From contig CM102285.1 of assembly GCA_046563655.1 (NCBI GenBank), forward strand, positions 2,728,001 through 2,792,000: DNA of 64,000 bases, written 5' to 3'. The notes under the pieces are model-generated. The model made no database searches and was not told the DNA's origin. It worked only from the letters and a program-made list of their open reading frames with translations. The position numbers were made by a program, and so were the translations under genes. Each line of letters begins with the position of its first letter. Positions within the stretch are counted from its first letter, which is position 1. The DNA is from Yuukianura sp. NJ FZ-2021 (taxonomy: Eukaryota). Below, piece by piece: positions 28,090-40,000 of this stretch.

Positions 28090-29000
28090 TCCAATAACGA
28101 CACGAAATTCCCTACGTTATTTCTGCGTTCAGTGTCTATCGTTCGTTCTTTAGGAAACTGTTCTTTGGCGTTTACGGTTTCACAAATTTTCTGCAAAAAT
28201 TAAGGTTCAGTTACACACAATAGCAATGTACAACGCTATAAAATAAACTAGAGTTTCTTTTCAACAACCACCTACCAAAGACGCTTAAAAAACGAATGAT
28301 TCTTTGAAGATAATGGATCGATTGAGCTTTACAAAATTTTGATGCAAACATTTTTGTTTGCAAAAAATAATCTTGATGCGAAGCGCTTTGCCAACTAAAG
28401 ACAAAAGGGTATAGGCCACTAAATTTTTAAGTTGTAAGATAGAAATCGAGTAACAATACTATCCACCAGCATAATAAGGCGTGTGGCACGCCCCGCGTGC
28501 CTACTGCCTATCTCACTAAAATGCTTTCTTGATAGTATATTTATGGTATTTATACATTATTAAACGAAAATCCAAAAATGCCATCGTATTGTAGAAAAAG
28601 CTACTTTATGGTTTGATGTCTTTTGCTTGTCTGTCTGTCCGGTGGTTGGTTGTACTGTAGTAGTCTGTCTCACAAGATTCAGCTTCAAATTCTTGGTGAA
28701 CCAACACATCAAGCAGTCAGCGACATACCACACATACGTTTGTAAGTAAATGTCTATGACAAAATAATTTTCAACAACATTGCATTATATGCGTGGCTCA
28801 AGGTAAGTTGGTCTTCATCGACTTAATTTAGATTCTGTCCAAATGTTGAATTTGATGGTTGATTTTTATAGGCACATTTTTAAAAACGTTTTCCACCTTT
28901 TGTAGTTTTGTGTGTAAGAAAGTACAGACCGAATTCGTTTTCCTCCGTTGTTTAGGATTCGTCAACTCCATCGCCAGCTAGAGAAAGTTCCTGTTTTTCG

Positions 29001-29192
29001 CAGAATCACCCCATTTTGTGGTACAAGGGTAACTGTAACGCTTGCATCGTTCAATAAACCGTAGGCCATAACCGTTTGGTAGCAAATATCCGCCGAGTAA
29101 TGCACTTGAGCGACGTAGAACAACAAATAATAACGAAATCTCTTTGTGCGATCCATTTTTTCTGGTTTCCAAATTACTGCAGAAAGTTTAAG
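29001..29192 (-). pseudogene. Exon-1 fragment of another subfamily II paralogue at the duplication junction
   Basis: Encodes WKPEKMDRTKRFRYYLLFYVAQVHYSADICYQ...GVIL; truncated at both ends. Confidence 0.7.
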
Positions 29193-29201
29193 CTTATCCC
29201 C

Positions 29202-29409
29202 TAGGATCCATCATTAAATTGTAGAACAGAACAATTTGGTAGATAGTGCCAATAGTGGAGTAGGACAGAGCCAAGCAGTAGAAACAGTAGTGACGAATTT
29301 TGCTTAAACGACTCATTTTCTCCGGTTTCCAAATGGCTCCCGAAATTTTGACTTTAGTACCGAATTTAATCATTTTTTCAAAGTGATAAAATGCCTTTTC
29401 GATCAACAT
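29202..29409 (-). pseudogene. Truncated subfamily II receptor (5' part of exon 1 only)
   Basis: MLIEKAFYHFEKMIKFGTKVKISGAIWKPEK...MMDP, then homology ends. Confidence 0.75.
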
Positions 29410-29890
29410 TTTCAAAATATCGAAACCGACTGAACAGTTTTAGTCGAAGTGATACACGTTTTTATTAACTTGAAGCAAACTCAACCTTGCCACAAAGATA
29501 TTATTCCTTGAAGTTGTGGTAAGACGCGGGCATACTTTCTCAATTTAATTTGAGTATAAGCAATCAAAGCGAGGGGAATTAATAAAATAATTAAAGTAAG
29601 CCGACATTTGTTTCCGCCAGGCATTTGCAGAGTTGAAGAGTTTTGAAATTTGTATGGTATTGTATGGTCAATGTCTTTAGATTAGCAGAACTTATCGTAA
29701 GAAAACGTTGAGCATTATTTTCCCCAACCTAACTGTTGTAGGCCTTATGATACGGAATAATGTAAATTACATTAGGAATATAACCTTAACTAGCACCCAT
29801 TAATTATTTACAATTTGGAGTTATTATTTGGCATATCAAAGGATAGCAGACATGTTTTTGATTTAACCAATACTTGGATTTTGCATCGGT

Positions 29891-30675
29891 TTAGCATGAA
29901 AGGTCGACGAAAAGCTTCGGATCAAAACCGACTTGCTTGAGGTGATCATGAATTTGCCTTTTGTGCGCAGGCGTTAGCGGATCCGGAGTTGGACTCCAAA
30001 CGCTAAAAGATGATTCGTTGTCCTCCCAGCAAGTAACACCAACCACAAAGTTTTCGTTGTCTGTCAATGTAAACGTGAATTTGGCAGACAGAGCTATTTG
30101 GTACAACATGCATTGTCAGATTTTTTTAAACCCACAAAGATAATTCTTTTTTCTTTGAATGCACTTACCATATTTACTGCGTGCTCTGAAGTGGATAGCT
30201 AAATTTTCGTCGATGGTTACGTCGTACTTCCTTGGCTTCAAAGCTCCAAAACCAATGCAGTTGAATCCCAGATCACAAGTCGGACAGGAGTAGTTGGCAA
30301 GCGAGTGCGGGAGATCACAAATTCTTGTGCCTAAAACGTCAGTGGCAAATCGGTACAGTTCCAGTTGATCGACAAGTAGGTAGTACCATACCTTAACTGG
30401 TCCATTGGTAACCTAAATTATGTCAAAAAGTGTCGCTAATTGTGAAATCTTTTTTAGTTAAAAGTTTGAAGTTCATGAATTTCTTTGCTCAGTGTTTCAA
30501 ATAAAATGTAATTAATTAAAAAATAACACAATACCCATTCAAAATCCAGTCCGGGATAAGATTGAACAGCGAAACAGCGTCCTTCTTTTGTCGAGTTTTC
30601 ATTAAGTGCTGGAACGGGAGAAATCGCAAGAAGTGCAGTCGTGAAGATGTATACCATCGGCTTCATTTTGGACAT
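29891..30675 (-). CDS. Secreted lipocalin-like protein copy 2, ~195 aa
   Basis: Exons 30675-30535, 30412-30169 and 30093-29891; paralogue of copy 1 that stops earlier at DLSC. Confidence 0.62.
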
Positions 30676-31321
30676 TTGAAGTTATTTTCAAAGGGTTGAG
30701 GAGCTTTAGAGTTACAAGTAAGAAGGGATAAATTGGAAAAAAATTTAAGCTACAATACACATGTTTTCAATAAACGCTATAATGCCTGGGGGTTTTAAAG
30801 CTATAAGTTGACCTTCGTCTATGTACGATAAACATTGTTCGGTCAAAATCCTATTTATACAATTTCGCTGGTCTCAAGGTCTCAAGACAAAAAAGTTTTT
30901 CTTTGAGCAGCGAGACATACTTTACAATTTTACAATGAGATTCATGTCCGTCTGTTTGTGCAGCCGAATTATGGTCAAGGCTTCTAGACAACTAAGCTAA
31001 GCATATTACTCTAATTTGTAACAACCTGCGACAATCCCAAATTTTTAATATAATTCAAATGTGTTTTGTAGTGTACAAATTGAGACTTACTGATTTCATC
31101 GTTCATTATATCCATTTTTATCGTATATTTCCCGCTCAATTTTCTTATGACTCATTTTACTTTTTTATTACACAACTTCGCAAAAAACCCTACAGTATAG
31201 TTCACAGTTGACTGAAACAAAATTATTGGGTTCCCCAAAGTATCAAGACATAGTTGTAAATACTAGTTTAAATTGATTAATTGATTTACATTTATAGGCT
31301 TATACAGTGTTTATTTATTTC

Positions 31322-32981
31322 TTAGCGTGAACCTTGGCTTAACATACACACGAACGATATTGTGTAACTTATAATGTTCTGATTGATGTTTATAACCATC
31401 CCTTTATCTACATAGTTCAATGGCCCACATCTAATACAACACGGTCTCAAAGACTTGATAAACACAGCATATTCTTTGTTTTTATTTGCTACTATTTGAA
31501 ATTTAGCGATGCTGGAACTTGAATTAGTGTAAACTGATGCAGCAGATGTAACGAAAACGTTAAGGCTAAAGATTAATAATGTAGCCAAAGCAAAGAAACT
31601 AAATAATTCCAGTGAAAAGCCCAACGCAAAGAATCCTGTGTAACACACCACAATAAACATCCCAAAAACTACTATAACAGAGACAAAAGGCAATGCCACA
31701 AGGTCACTAAATACTCCTGACATAATGTAAATTGTTTTGTGAAAATTTGGTTTCAATAAACTTTGTTTTAACGAAGGCGTATGTAACCACTGGAGCAGAA
31801 CATTCATGCTTATGATAGCTACCACTTTGTATTGTTCATACTTGTAAAAAATGAAGTAGACATGTATCCAAACACCAATCGTGATTGTGGTCGCAGCTGA
31901 TATTGCTATAAACAGGTCTACGCTGTTGTTCAATGCAGGAAAAGCTGTACCTAGTACATACGTACACAGCTTCATCAAATCTGCAAAACAAACGACGGGA
32001 ACAATACCTAGGGAAAACACAAAGTACTTTTCAAATATGGACATGACGTTCAGAGCTTGTAAGTTAAGTTGTGTTCCGTCGATGTAGAAATTCGACCCTG
32101 TAAAAAAAATCAAATCATACAGTTCATGCAAGGTAAATAGAATACTTATAGGTACGGTCGTTGAAAATTGTTTTTTCAAAACTGAGTTGCTATGGGATTT
32201 CATTGACTCCGAGTTCACTCATTTACAGTGTTGTTCAAAATTTTCAGCATTTTAGTCTCAATACTTTCGCCGCAAACTTAAAAATAGCTTAAAAACTCGG
32301 ATGAACCTGTATTTTCACTCGGAGTGACGTCACTGTGAGTGAAATTGTAAACAAATAAAGAATCGGTTTTGGTCGCTAAGGCATTTTTGCCGCCCCCTGC
32401 AGTTCATGCATTTTTTTAGTTTTGTCTATTACTAAACTGTTTAACTTTATTTGTTTGTTTCACTTAACTTAACTCACTTAACTTTGTTTAAATGTATAAA
32501 CTTTTTGAATACCCCATAAATTTAAAGCGCCTAACCTACCTTGTTCCGACGTCAATACGCACATTAGTATGTTCATATGTTGTTGCCAGAGCTTCTTTTG
32601 CCAAATCAGTTGAACATCAAGAACGACGTTGTGACATACCATTATACCAGCCGCCAATAGTAGCATTGTCAGAACTGTATCAAGTTTTGCAGTGTAGTTG
32701 CAGTAAGCACATCCGGCACATATTAAAACAGTGATACAGTCCAGTGCAAATATGCAGAAGGAAATTCTGACATAATTCTCGGATTCATCTAAGACAAACA
32801 TTTTTTCGCGAACACTCCAATGCAGTGGATTCTGGTACCGGTCATGCGCTTTCCCAATGTAATGTAGCAACATATCGATGACTTCACGATTATGGTTAAG
32901 TTTAGCAGGCTTAACCTTGTGACGAGTTATGTTGTTTCTCTTAAGTTGCAACATGCTGCTTCTTTCTAATATTTTTACCAT
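31322..32981 (-). CDS. Chemoreceptor-like protein, subfamily III copy F, ~405 aa
   Basis: Exons 32981-32540 and 32097-31322; paralogue of copy E with short in-frame deletions. Confidence 0.68.
32129..32399. mobile_element. CAAGG-ended element with 9-bp TSD in the intron of copy F
   Basis: Absent from the paralogous intron of copy E; CAGTTCATG on both sides (32120-32128, 32400-32408); shares ~120 bp with 12960-13085. Confidence 0.78.
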
Positions 32982-34081
32982 TACAATAATGACACGAAAT
33001 TCCCTACGTTATTTCTGCGTTCAGTGTCTTTCCTTCTTCAGGAAATTGCTTTTCGGCGCTTATGGTTTCGCAAACTTTCTACAGAAAATTAAGGTTCGCA
33101 CGTTAATAGCAATGTAGAACACGCAATAAAATAAACTAGAGTTTCTTTTCAACAGCCACCTACGAAAGACGCTTAAAAAACGAATGATTTTTTGAAGAGA
33201 ATGGATCGATTGAGCTTTACAAAATTTTTGATTCGAACATTTTGTGTTTGTAAAGAACACTTTAATGCAAAACACTTTGCGGAATAAAGATAAAAGGGTA
33301 TAGGTCACTAAATTTTTCAGTTGTGAGAAAGAAATCGACCAACCTTATACTTTCCACTCGCTCAGCTTAATACGGTAAGTGCCTATCCCACTACAATGCT
33401 TTTCTTGGTTAGCATATTTATAGTATTCATAAGTGATAAAACGAAAATCCAGAAATGTCATCGTATTGTGTAGAGAATGCTGCTTTACGGTTTGAGGTCT
33501 CCTGTTTGTCCGTCCGTCCGGTTGTTGGTGGTATTAGTTTGTCTCACAACATTTAGTCTCAACTTGTTGGTCATCCAACAAATCAAGCAGTCGGGGACTT
33601 ACCACATGTGTATGTAAATTTTTATGACAAAATTATTTTCAACCAAATTGCATTATGTGCATGGTCCAAGGTAAGGTGGTCTTCATCGATTAGTAATTCA
33701 GATTCTAATAAAACATAAAATTTGTTGGTTGATTTTTATATATTTTTTAAAACTTTTCACGTTTTGCAATTTTGTGTGTAAGTAAGTACAGACCGATTTC
33801 GTTTTTCCTCCGTTGTTTAGGATTCGTCAACTCCCTCGCCAGCTGGAGAAAGTTCCAGATTTTCGCAGAATTTAAATTTGTAAATAAAGGAGTTAAACTT
33901 TCGTTTTCGCTTGTAAAAATTTAAGCTCCCCTCTCTCCATCATTTGCTTTTGGTATTTGCACCACTGCCATTAACTTTTGTGAATCAATTTCAATTAAAT
34001 TAAAATCAACAGTACACTCTAATATTGCACAATATGCCAATAATTCAACGAAGCGTACAATCTTGTGTCCAAGGGAGGAGA

Positions 34082-37000
34082 ATGTCATCTTTAACTGCTT
34101 TCAGGAGAACACTTCTACAGCAGTTGAAGCATTCAGGTTCAGATTCGTTGACACCTTCACTTACTGCTTCGTTACACATGTCATCTTCATTAACCGAATC
34201 AGGCAGAAGTAGGTTAGTCATCTTTACCAATTTTATTAAATTTAAAAAGTAATAAACAGAGTTGTCCAGAAAGAAGGGAATCTGAATCGTTTTTCAAATA
34301 CCATGCTGTTGTATTACTGTTACGTGTGAATTATTATTATTATATATTGTTTACAGTGGAACCAGCAAAGTTGGTACGAATCCGGAGTCATTTGACATTA
34401 CAATCGTCGGCGGAGGAATTATTGGTGGGTTTACGGTAGAAAATGCATAAATACAGAAAGAAATTACGAATACCGACACTTAAATTAATTTGCTACTGTT
34501 TGAAAGTACAGGCGCTGCAGTGGGTATGCAGTTGGCAGAGCAGCATCCGACACTTCGAATTGCCTTGGTAGAAAAGGAAGATCGTCTCGGTAAGGTCCAC
34601 CAGTATTCCGATTAGTATCAATCATGCACATATGTGTTTTACTTTAGAAACTGATAGTGTTTACGGTGAGCGACGCTCACTGAGCGTTACGCATGTTTAT
34701 TTAACACAAGATTCCTTGACAACGAAAGATGAAGTTTATTAACAGGTTGGGTACTACATCGCTTATTGACAACAAAAAAATTGAACACATTGGTACCCAT
34801 TCGTATGCAAAATTTAAAAAATTCGGCTATATTGTTATGACTGCGATGCCATGAAAGGAAAAGACACTTTTTTGCAAGATAAAAAAAAATGAAATTAGTA
34901 CCCAACCTGTTAAAGAAAATCAGTCTACAAACCTTGACTTAAAATGTTACGTTTACATTGGTTTCTAAATTGGAATATTTCTGATTTAGTTTATGATGAA
35001 CTCTCTCTATGAAACGGGATACGTGAGACTTCGTCATCTGCCGTTCTTATATTTGTTGTTTGGAAGTAGAGATGGCCCCCACGGTGTTTTCTGTTTTGTG
35101 AAACTAGACTTTAGATGAGGCAAGGTTCTTCTTCTTGTTCGATCCACGGTTTCCTGGAGAAAGTAGGGAGAAAGCCCTGTACTACATGTAACCATGTGCT
35201 CCAGGAAAGTTACCGGTAGCCGGCATTCTACCTTTCTCGTCGTTTCACACTTGTGCCTCCTGCCTTACTATGATTGGTTTAGGAAAGAAGCTAGTGGAGA
35301 GCCTTGCTGGATAGAATTTTCATTGAATTTAGACGAAGTCTCTCCGTCTTTGAAAGGAGCATTGGAGCAAGTATCAACTGGGAGTAAAAGCCTTTCCAAA
35401 GACGGTCCAAGAATTCTTTATTACTTTGTGTTTCCTTTGAGCGTCAGTCTCCGTTAGGAAATCAATTTCTCAATGGAATGGAATGGGCCTTTGTAACATT
35501 TAGCATTTGGGCCGAAAGGTAGAGAGAAACGGAGTTGAACGTTGATGAGGTATTCTCTGCACAAATGAATTTTCCAATTAGGTTTCAACTTAATGATGGT
35601 CTCCCTCGATGATTCATTGGACTCTCTCGTGTAGAGTATCATGAAGAGCACGCGGAGACTCATTAAATCTTCTTCTCATCTTCCCCCGCCTTGTCATTTT
35701 CCTAAAGATTTATTTCTTTTGTTTCACAGATCACAACATGATTGATTTCCAAGGTCTTCGTCGTCCAAATTTCAAATCTGGGTGGACATCATGCAAAACC
35801 AGAGAGATGCAATCTTCTTTTCCTAACACCAAGCAGCTTCATCATCATTGATCTTCAACTTTCCTCTCTCTCGGCCATACGAATCTCACTATCAGGCATC
35901 TACGAACTTTCGCGGTTTTTAAATCTTGAACCTTCGCTCCATTTCTTCAACCCAAGTTTGGTTCTCATTCGGCCTTAACTGGAGCAAGGATCAGACAGCG
36001 CAGACGAAGCCCTGGAAGATGAACTATGTTTTGTTAGAAGAAGCTAGAGAATAGGAGAAGGAAGAAGAAGATTGATGGAGTGAAACCCGAAACTAATTAA
36101 ACAAGGAAGTTTAATGGGAGAGGGATAAGGTTCGTCTATAGTCTGTTGGCAAATAGTTACAGAGAACTACCAATAGCATTCTACCTTTGACTGTATAAAA
36201 CTTTGGATGTTTCTGTTCTAAGGTTCTACTCTCATTTCCAGCTTAAGCCTCAAGGACTGATTACACGCAAGATGGACTGGGACTTTTGGGCTTTGGCTAT
36301 AAATCAGGACCACGAACTTTCATGCTCTCCTCACTCCGAACACTAAATAGAAAAGAATAGGCTTCCTGTCAACGATATTTCCGATTCCAATTAATGGCAG
36401 CAAAAGGCACGAAATCTGCGGGCATTCATTTTTCTTCAGTCAAGACACAAGATTGAGGTGCGGCGCATTCAGTTTCCAATTTTTATTCTCTTGCACGCCC
36501 GCATTTTTTCAAGAATTTGACATCAAATGGTTCCAGAGCACCAAAATTCAACTCTCACATTACACCGCCCATGTCAAATGATTGATTTGATTTTCTGTCT
36601 CGATCTGTATAGATTTTTAGACGTTTTCAACCATAAGATGGATTGCAGATCTCATGTTTTGAGAACCTTTTGAAATTTTGGTGGCTTTTAAGGTGTCGCA
36701 GGCTGTTGAGAGCCGATAGATGGTTGAACAGACTGGAAATATTTGTGGATTCGTTTGAAAGTGAGAGTTTTAGGAAAGTGCGTGTAGGAACTACGTTACC
36801 TTGGGAATCCTTGAGTGACTGACTGGGCTTCGTCCCTAGCGACGTGTATTAGATTTCCGTCTTTTGCTGCTCTGAGACCTCTTCTGCCCTTCTTCATTTC
36901 TGTTGCGTTGGTCTTTATTATACTAAAGTGCGTTTTAGACTCGAGGAGGATTTTATGTAGAAGTTAGAATGTCATGGATTAATTGGTATAAATGAGATTA

Positions 37001-40000
37001 TGTTTCGGTTCTCTGCTCACGAGAGAGGTTTCCTCCGCTGTTTCGGTTAGGTTTAAGCTTCGGTGTGTTCCTGGAGCTTCCTGGAAGGGAGGAGGAGTTA
37101 GTTAAATGATGGAATTGGAAACGAGATTGGATGAGGATTTGGGAGCAAGAGTTACTTAATAAAGGACAGGTTCCTAGTTCATAAGTAAAATTAATTAAAA
37201 CCTGTCACAGAGGGGGAATAACCAGCATGAACATCACAAGGGAAAACAAAAAATTAGGAAGAGGCAGTATCATAGCCACTCCTATTATTAGTCATTTTAC
37301 GGTATTAATTTCCCAGATTTCCCTAGGAATTTGGAAGTTGTAAAAAAAACTAAGTGTTATATGCCAGGATTTACGGTATTTTTTTTTGTTTCCAGCAAAA
37401 CATCAAAGTGGACACAACAGTGGAGTTGTTCATGCCGGGATTTACTACAAACCTGGTTCTCTGAAAGCGAAACTGTGCGTTGAAGGTCTGCAGCTCTCCT
37501 ACGCCTACTTCCTTCGAAATGGAATTCCGTACAAGAAATGTGGAAAATTAATCGTTGCTGTGAGTCCAGATGAAATAGGGCCACTGCGAGCACTCTACGC
37601 TCGAGCTCTCCAGAATAATGTCCCTTCACTTCGATTTCTCGAGACGAGAGAGGAAATTAAGAAATATGAACCGAATTGTGAGGTAAGACGAGTGACGACG
37701 ACGCACAGCACACTTTTTTGTCACATCAAATTACACTTTGGAGGCCAAATAAGGAGAAACACGAGTAAAAGTTTTCGTAATTTGTACTGAAAGTGCTTTT
37801 TTTTTTGCATTTTCCAGGGTTTAATGGCAATTTTGTCTCCGGAGACAGGGATTGTGGACTGGGCAGTTGTGACGAACTCCTATGCTTCAAACTTTGTCAA
37901 ATCTGGCGGTTCGGTATTTTTGAATTTTAATGTAACTCGATTCGACCTCAATCAAGGGGAAGACGGAGCTCAATTTCCAGCGTCAATTTTCAGTTCTGAT
38001 GGAAAAGTAAGTCACGTGGTCATTTACGAAACACTTGAAATTCTATTAGATACACACAGTTTCTTAAGTTTCCAAAAAACAACGTTTATTTTTGGGATCG
38101 TTTTTTTAACTTTTGTTTTTTCTTTTGTAGATTTTAAATTCAAAGTACATTTTGACGTGTGGTGGGCTGCATGCGGATCGATTAGCTGCACTGTCTGGTT
38201 GTAGCCCAAATCCGAAAATTATTCCATTCCGAGGCGAGTATCTTCTGCTGAGTAGAGAGAAATGCCCGCTCATCCATGGAAACATTTATCCTGTAAATCA
38301 TTTTATATTCATTCCTAATCTAAGACTCTACCTTCCTCCATTTTCTAAATTCTCTTTTCTACAAAAGCCCGCTTTTGTGAAAAAGGGAATGCGGGAGAAG
38401 TTGGAATTATTTCTTTTTCTGAGAAAGTTTAGGCGGAGGTTAGGGGAGAGAGATGGTACGATTGAAATAGGAGAGAGGCAATTTACGACTCGACCTTTCT
38501 CTATACTTAACGCTTGTGCATTAATCAAGGAGCGAGAGAAGAAAGAGTCTATCACATGAATAATTTTGCCATTCCTGACATTGGAGCAAGGGCGGGAGTT
38601 GCCATAAAGAAGAAATGGGAGTAGAGGGGGCTGTTATCGGGGGGAGAACACAAGAGGGCAATTGGAGAGAGCCAACATATTGTTAAGGACCTGATAACTT
38701 ATAATTAATACCTGATTACATAATGGACCAACTTGGATATTACGTCCAGAAAGAAGATTTTATTACCCGACAACTCCGCCTTTTCTTAAAATTATATAAT
38801 TTCCACCTAGGCTTTCTCCTTTTATTTTCAACTCCCAGACTCACGCATTTCTGGGCAAAAGAGGAAGGCCATGGGACCTACAAATGTGTACGCAAAATTA
38901 TCAACAGTGAATATTGTAGTAAATATGTAATCGCGGAATTACTTCTGACCGGTAGATTTCATTAGTATATGCTAGATAGGAAAACAAAAGTGACCAAAAC
39001 TGAAACATTTACATACTGTAAGGTCAGGAAAACAAGAGAAACTAAGAACGACGGTAAAAATACTACATTTTTCAAAGCAGTTCAAGTTTTTGAGATATTG
39101 GTTGTCCGAAATTTTGTAGATGAAAAAAAAATATCTTGCGCGAAATGTTCGAAAATTTTTTATAACAACCTTTTTTATTTTAAATCATAATAGTCATATT
39201 CACGACATCTCGTGAAGGGGTAACCGAATATTGAGGCAAAAAATATCACGTCGCCCCAGTCTCATCACATATCAAACGCCGCAGATTTTTTTTTATATTT
39301 TTTGTTGTTGATCATTTTGACGTTGACATTTTTGTCTGTCTCATTCTGAACCCTGTCTTGCCTGGAGATGGTGTTGGGAAAATGGGAAAACGTAATGGGT
39401 TTATGCAGCGAGGTCTAAACTGCTACACGCTTGTCCTTCCTGGAACTGCTTGGAGGAACAGAGCTTTCTTTGTTGTGCTTGCTAAGTTAAGTTTGCATAT
39501 AAATTCCGAGGGAGAGGAAACCTAAGGAACGCTGCCTCTTCTACTATTTCAGCTTCCAAGGAGCGCTTCGCTTCAGATATGATCTTTTGCAAAGAGAAAA
39601 CTCATATCAGACAAAAGTAGAGAGAAAGTGAGAAAGGAATATGCCTTGCGAATTCTCATAAAACCAGATAGACTTTCCACTCTCACTCCAAATCGTTCCT
39701 TCCAAGTACAAGTACACTCTCAACTTTTGATATTTTACTTTGCCTAACAGCTCCTGCTCGATGTCCATATGAAGGCAAAAGAAAAAAAAATGCAGTTTCG
39801 GTGTAAACTTTGAGATGAGATGTTTTTGAAGCTTTGTGAATTTGTTGGGTTGAAATGAAGGAGAAAGTGGGTTGATGTGAACTGGTGAGCGTGTAGACGT
39901 TGGAAGAAGCAGAGGTGGGTTCGAATCCTGGGGGAGTGGAAAAAGAAAGTCGTGGGTCCTTATGCCTTGGGAGAGTAGTAAAAAGAGTGGGAAGAAATAA

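Larger units (their letters stand above)
24552..29006. repeat. Tandem segmental duplication, unit 1
   Basis: Colinear with 29202-33871 across coding and non-coding DNA, from TAGGATCCAT to TTCGCAGAAT. Confidence 0.9.
29202..33871. repeat. Tandem segmental duplication, unit 2
   Basis: Colinear paralogue of 24552-29006, with an extra ~280-bp insertion at ~32120-32400. Confidence 0.9.

Noticed and set aside
31322-32218. ORF N-terminus MNSESMKSHSNSVLKKQF..., shared with ORF 12996-13199, suggesting a shared domain
   Set aside because: It is translation of the intronic CAAGG element; the true exon starts at 32097.
34045-34230. Minus-strand acidic, Cys-containing 61-aa ORF
   Set aside because: Antisense to the L2HGDH first exon, which splices in frame and resembles a mitochondrial presequence.
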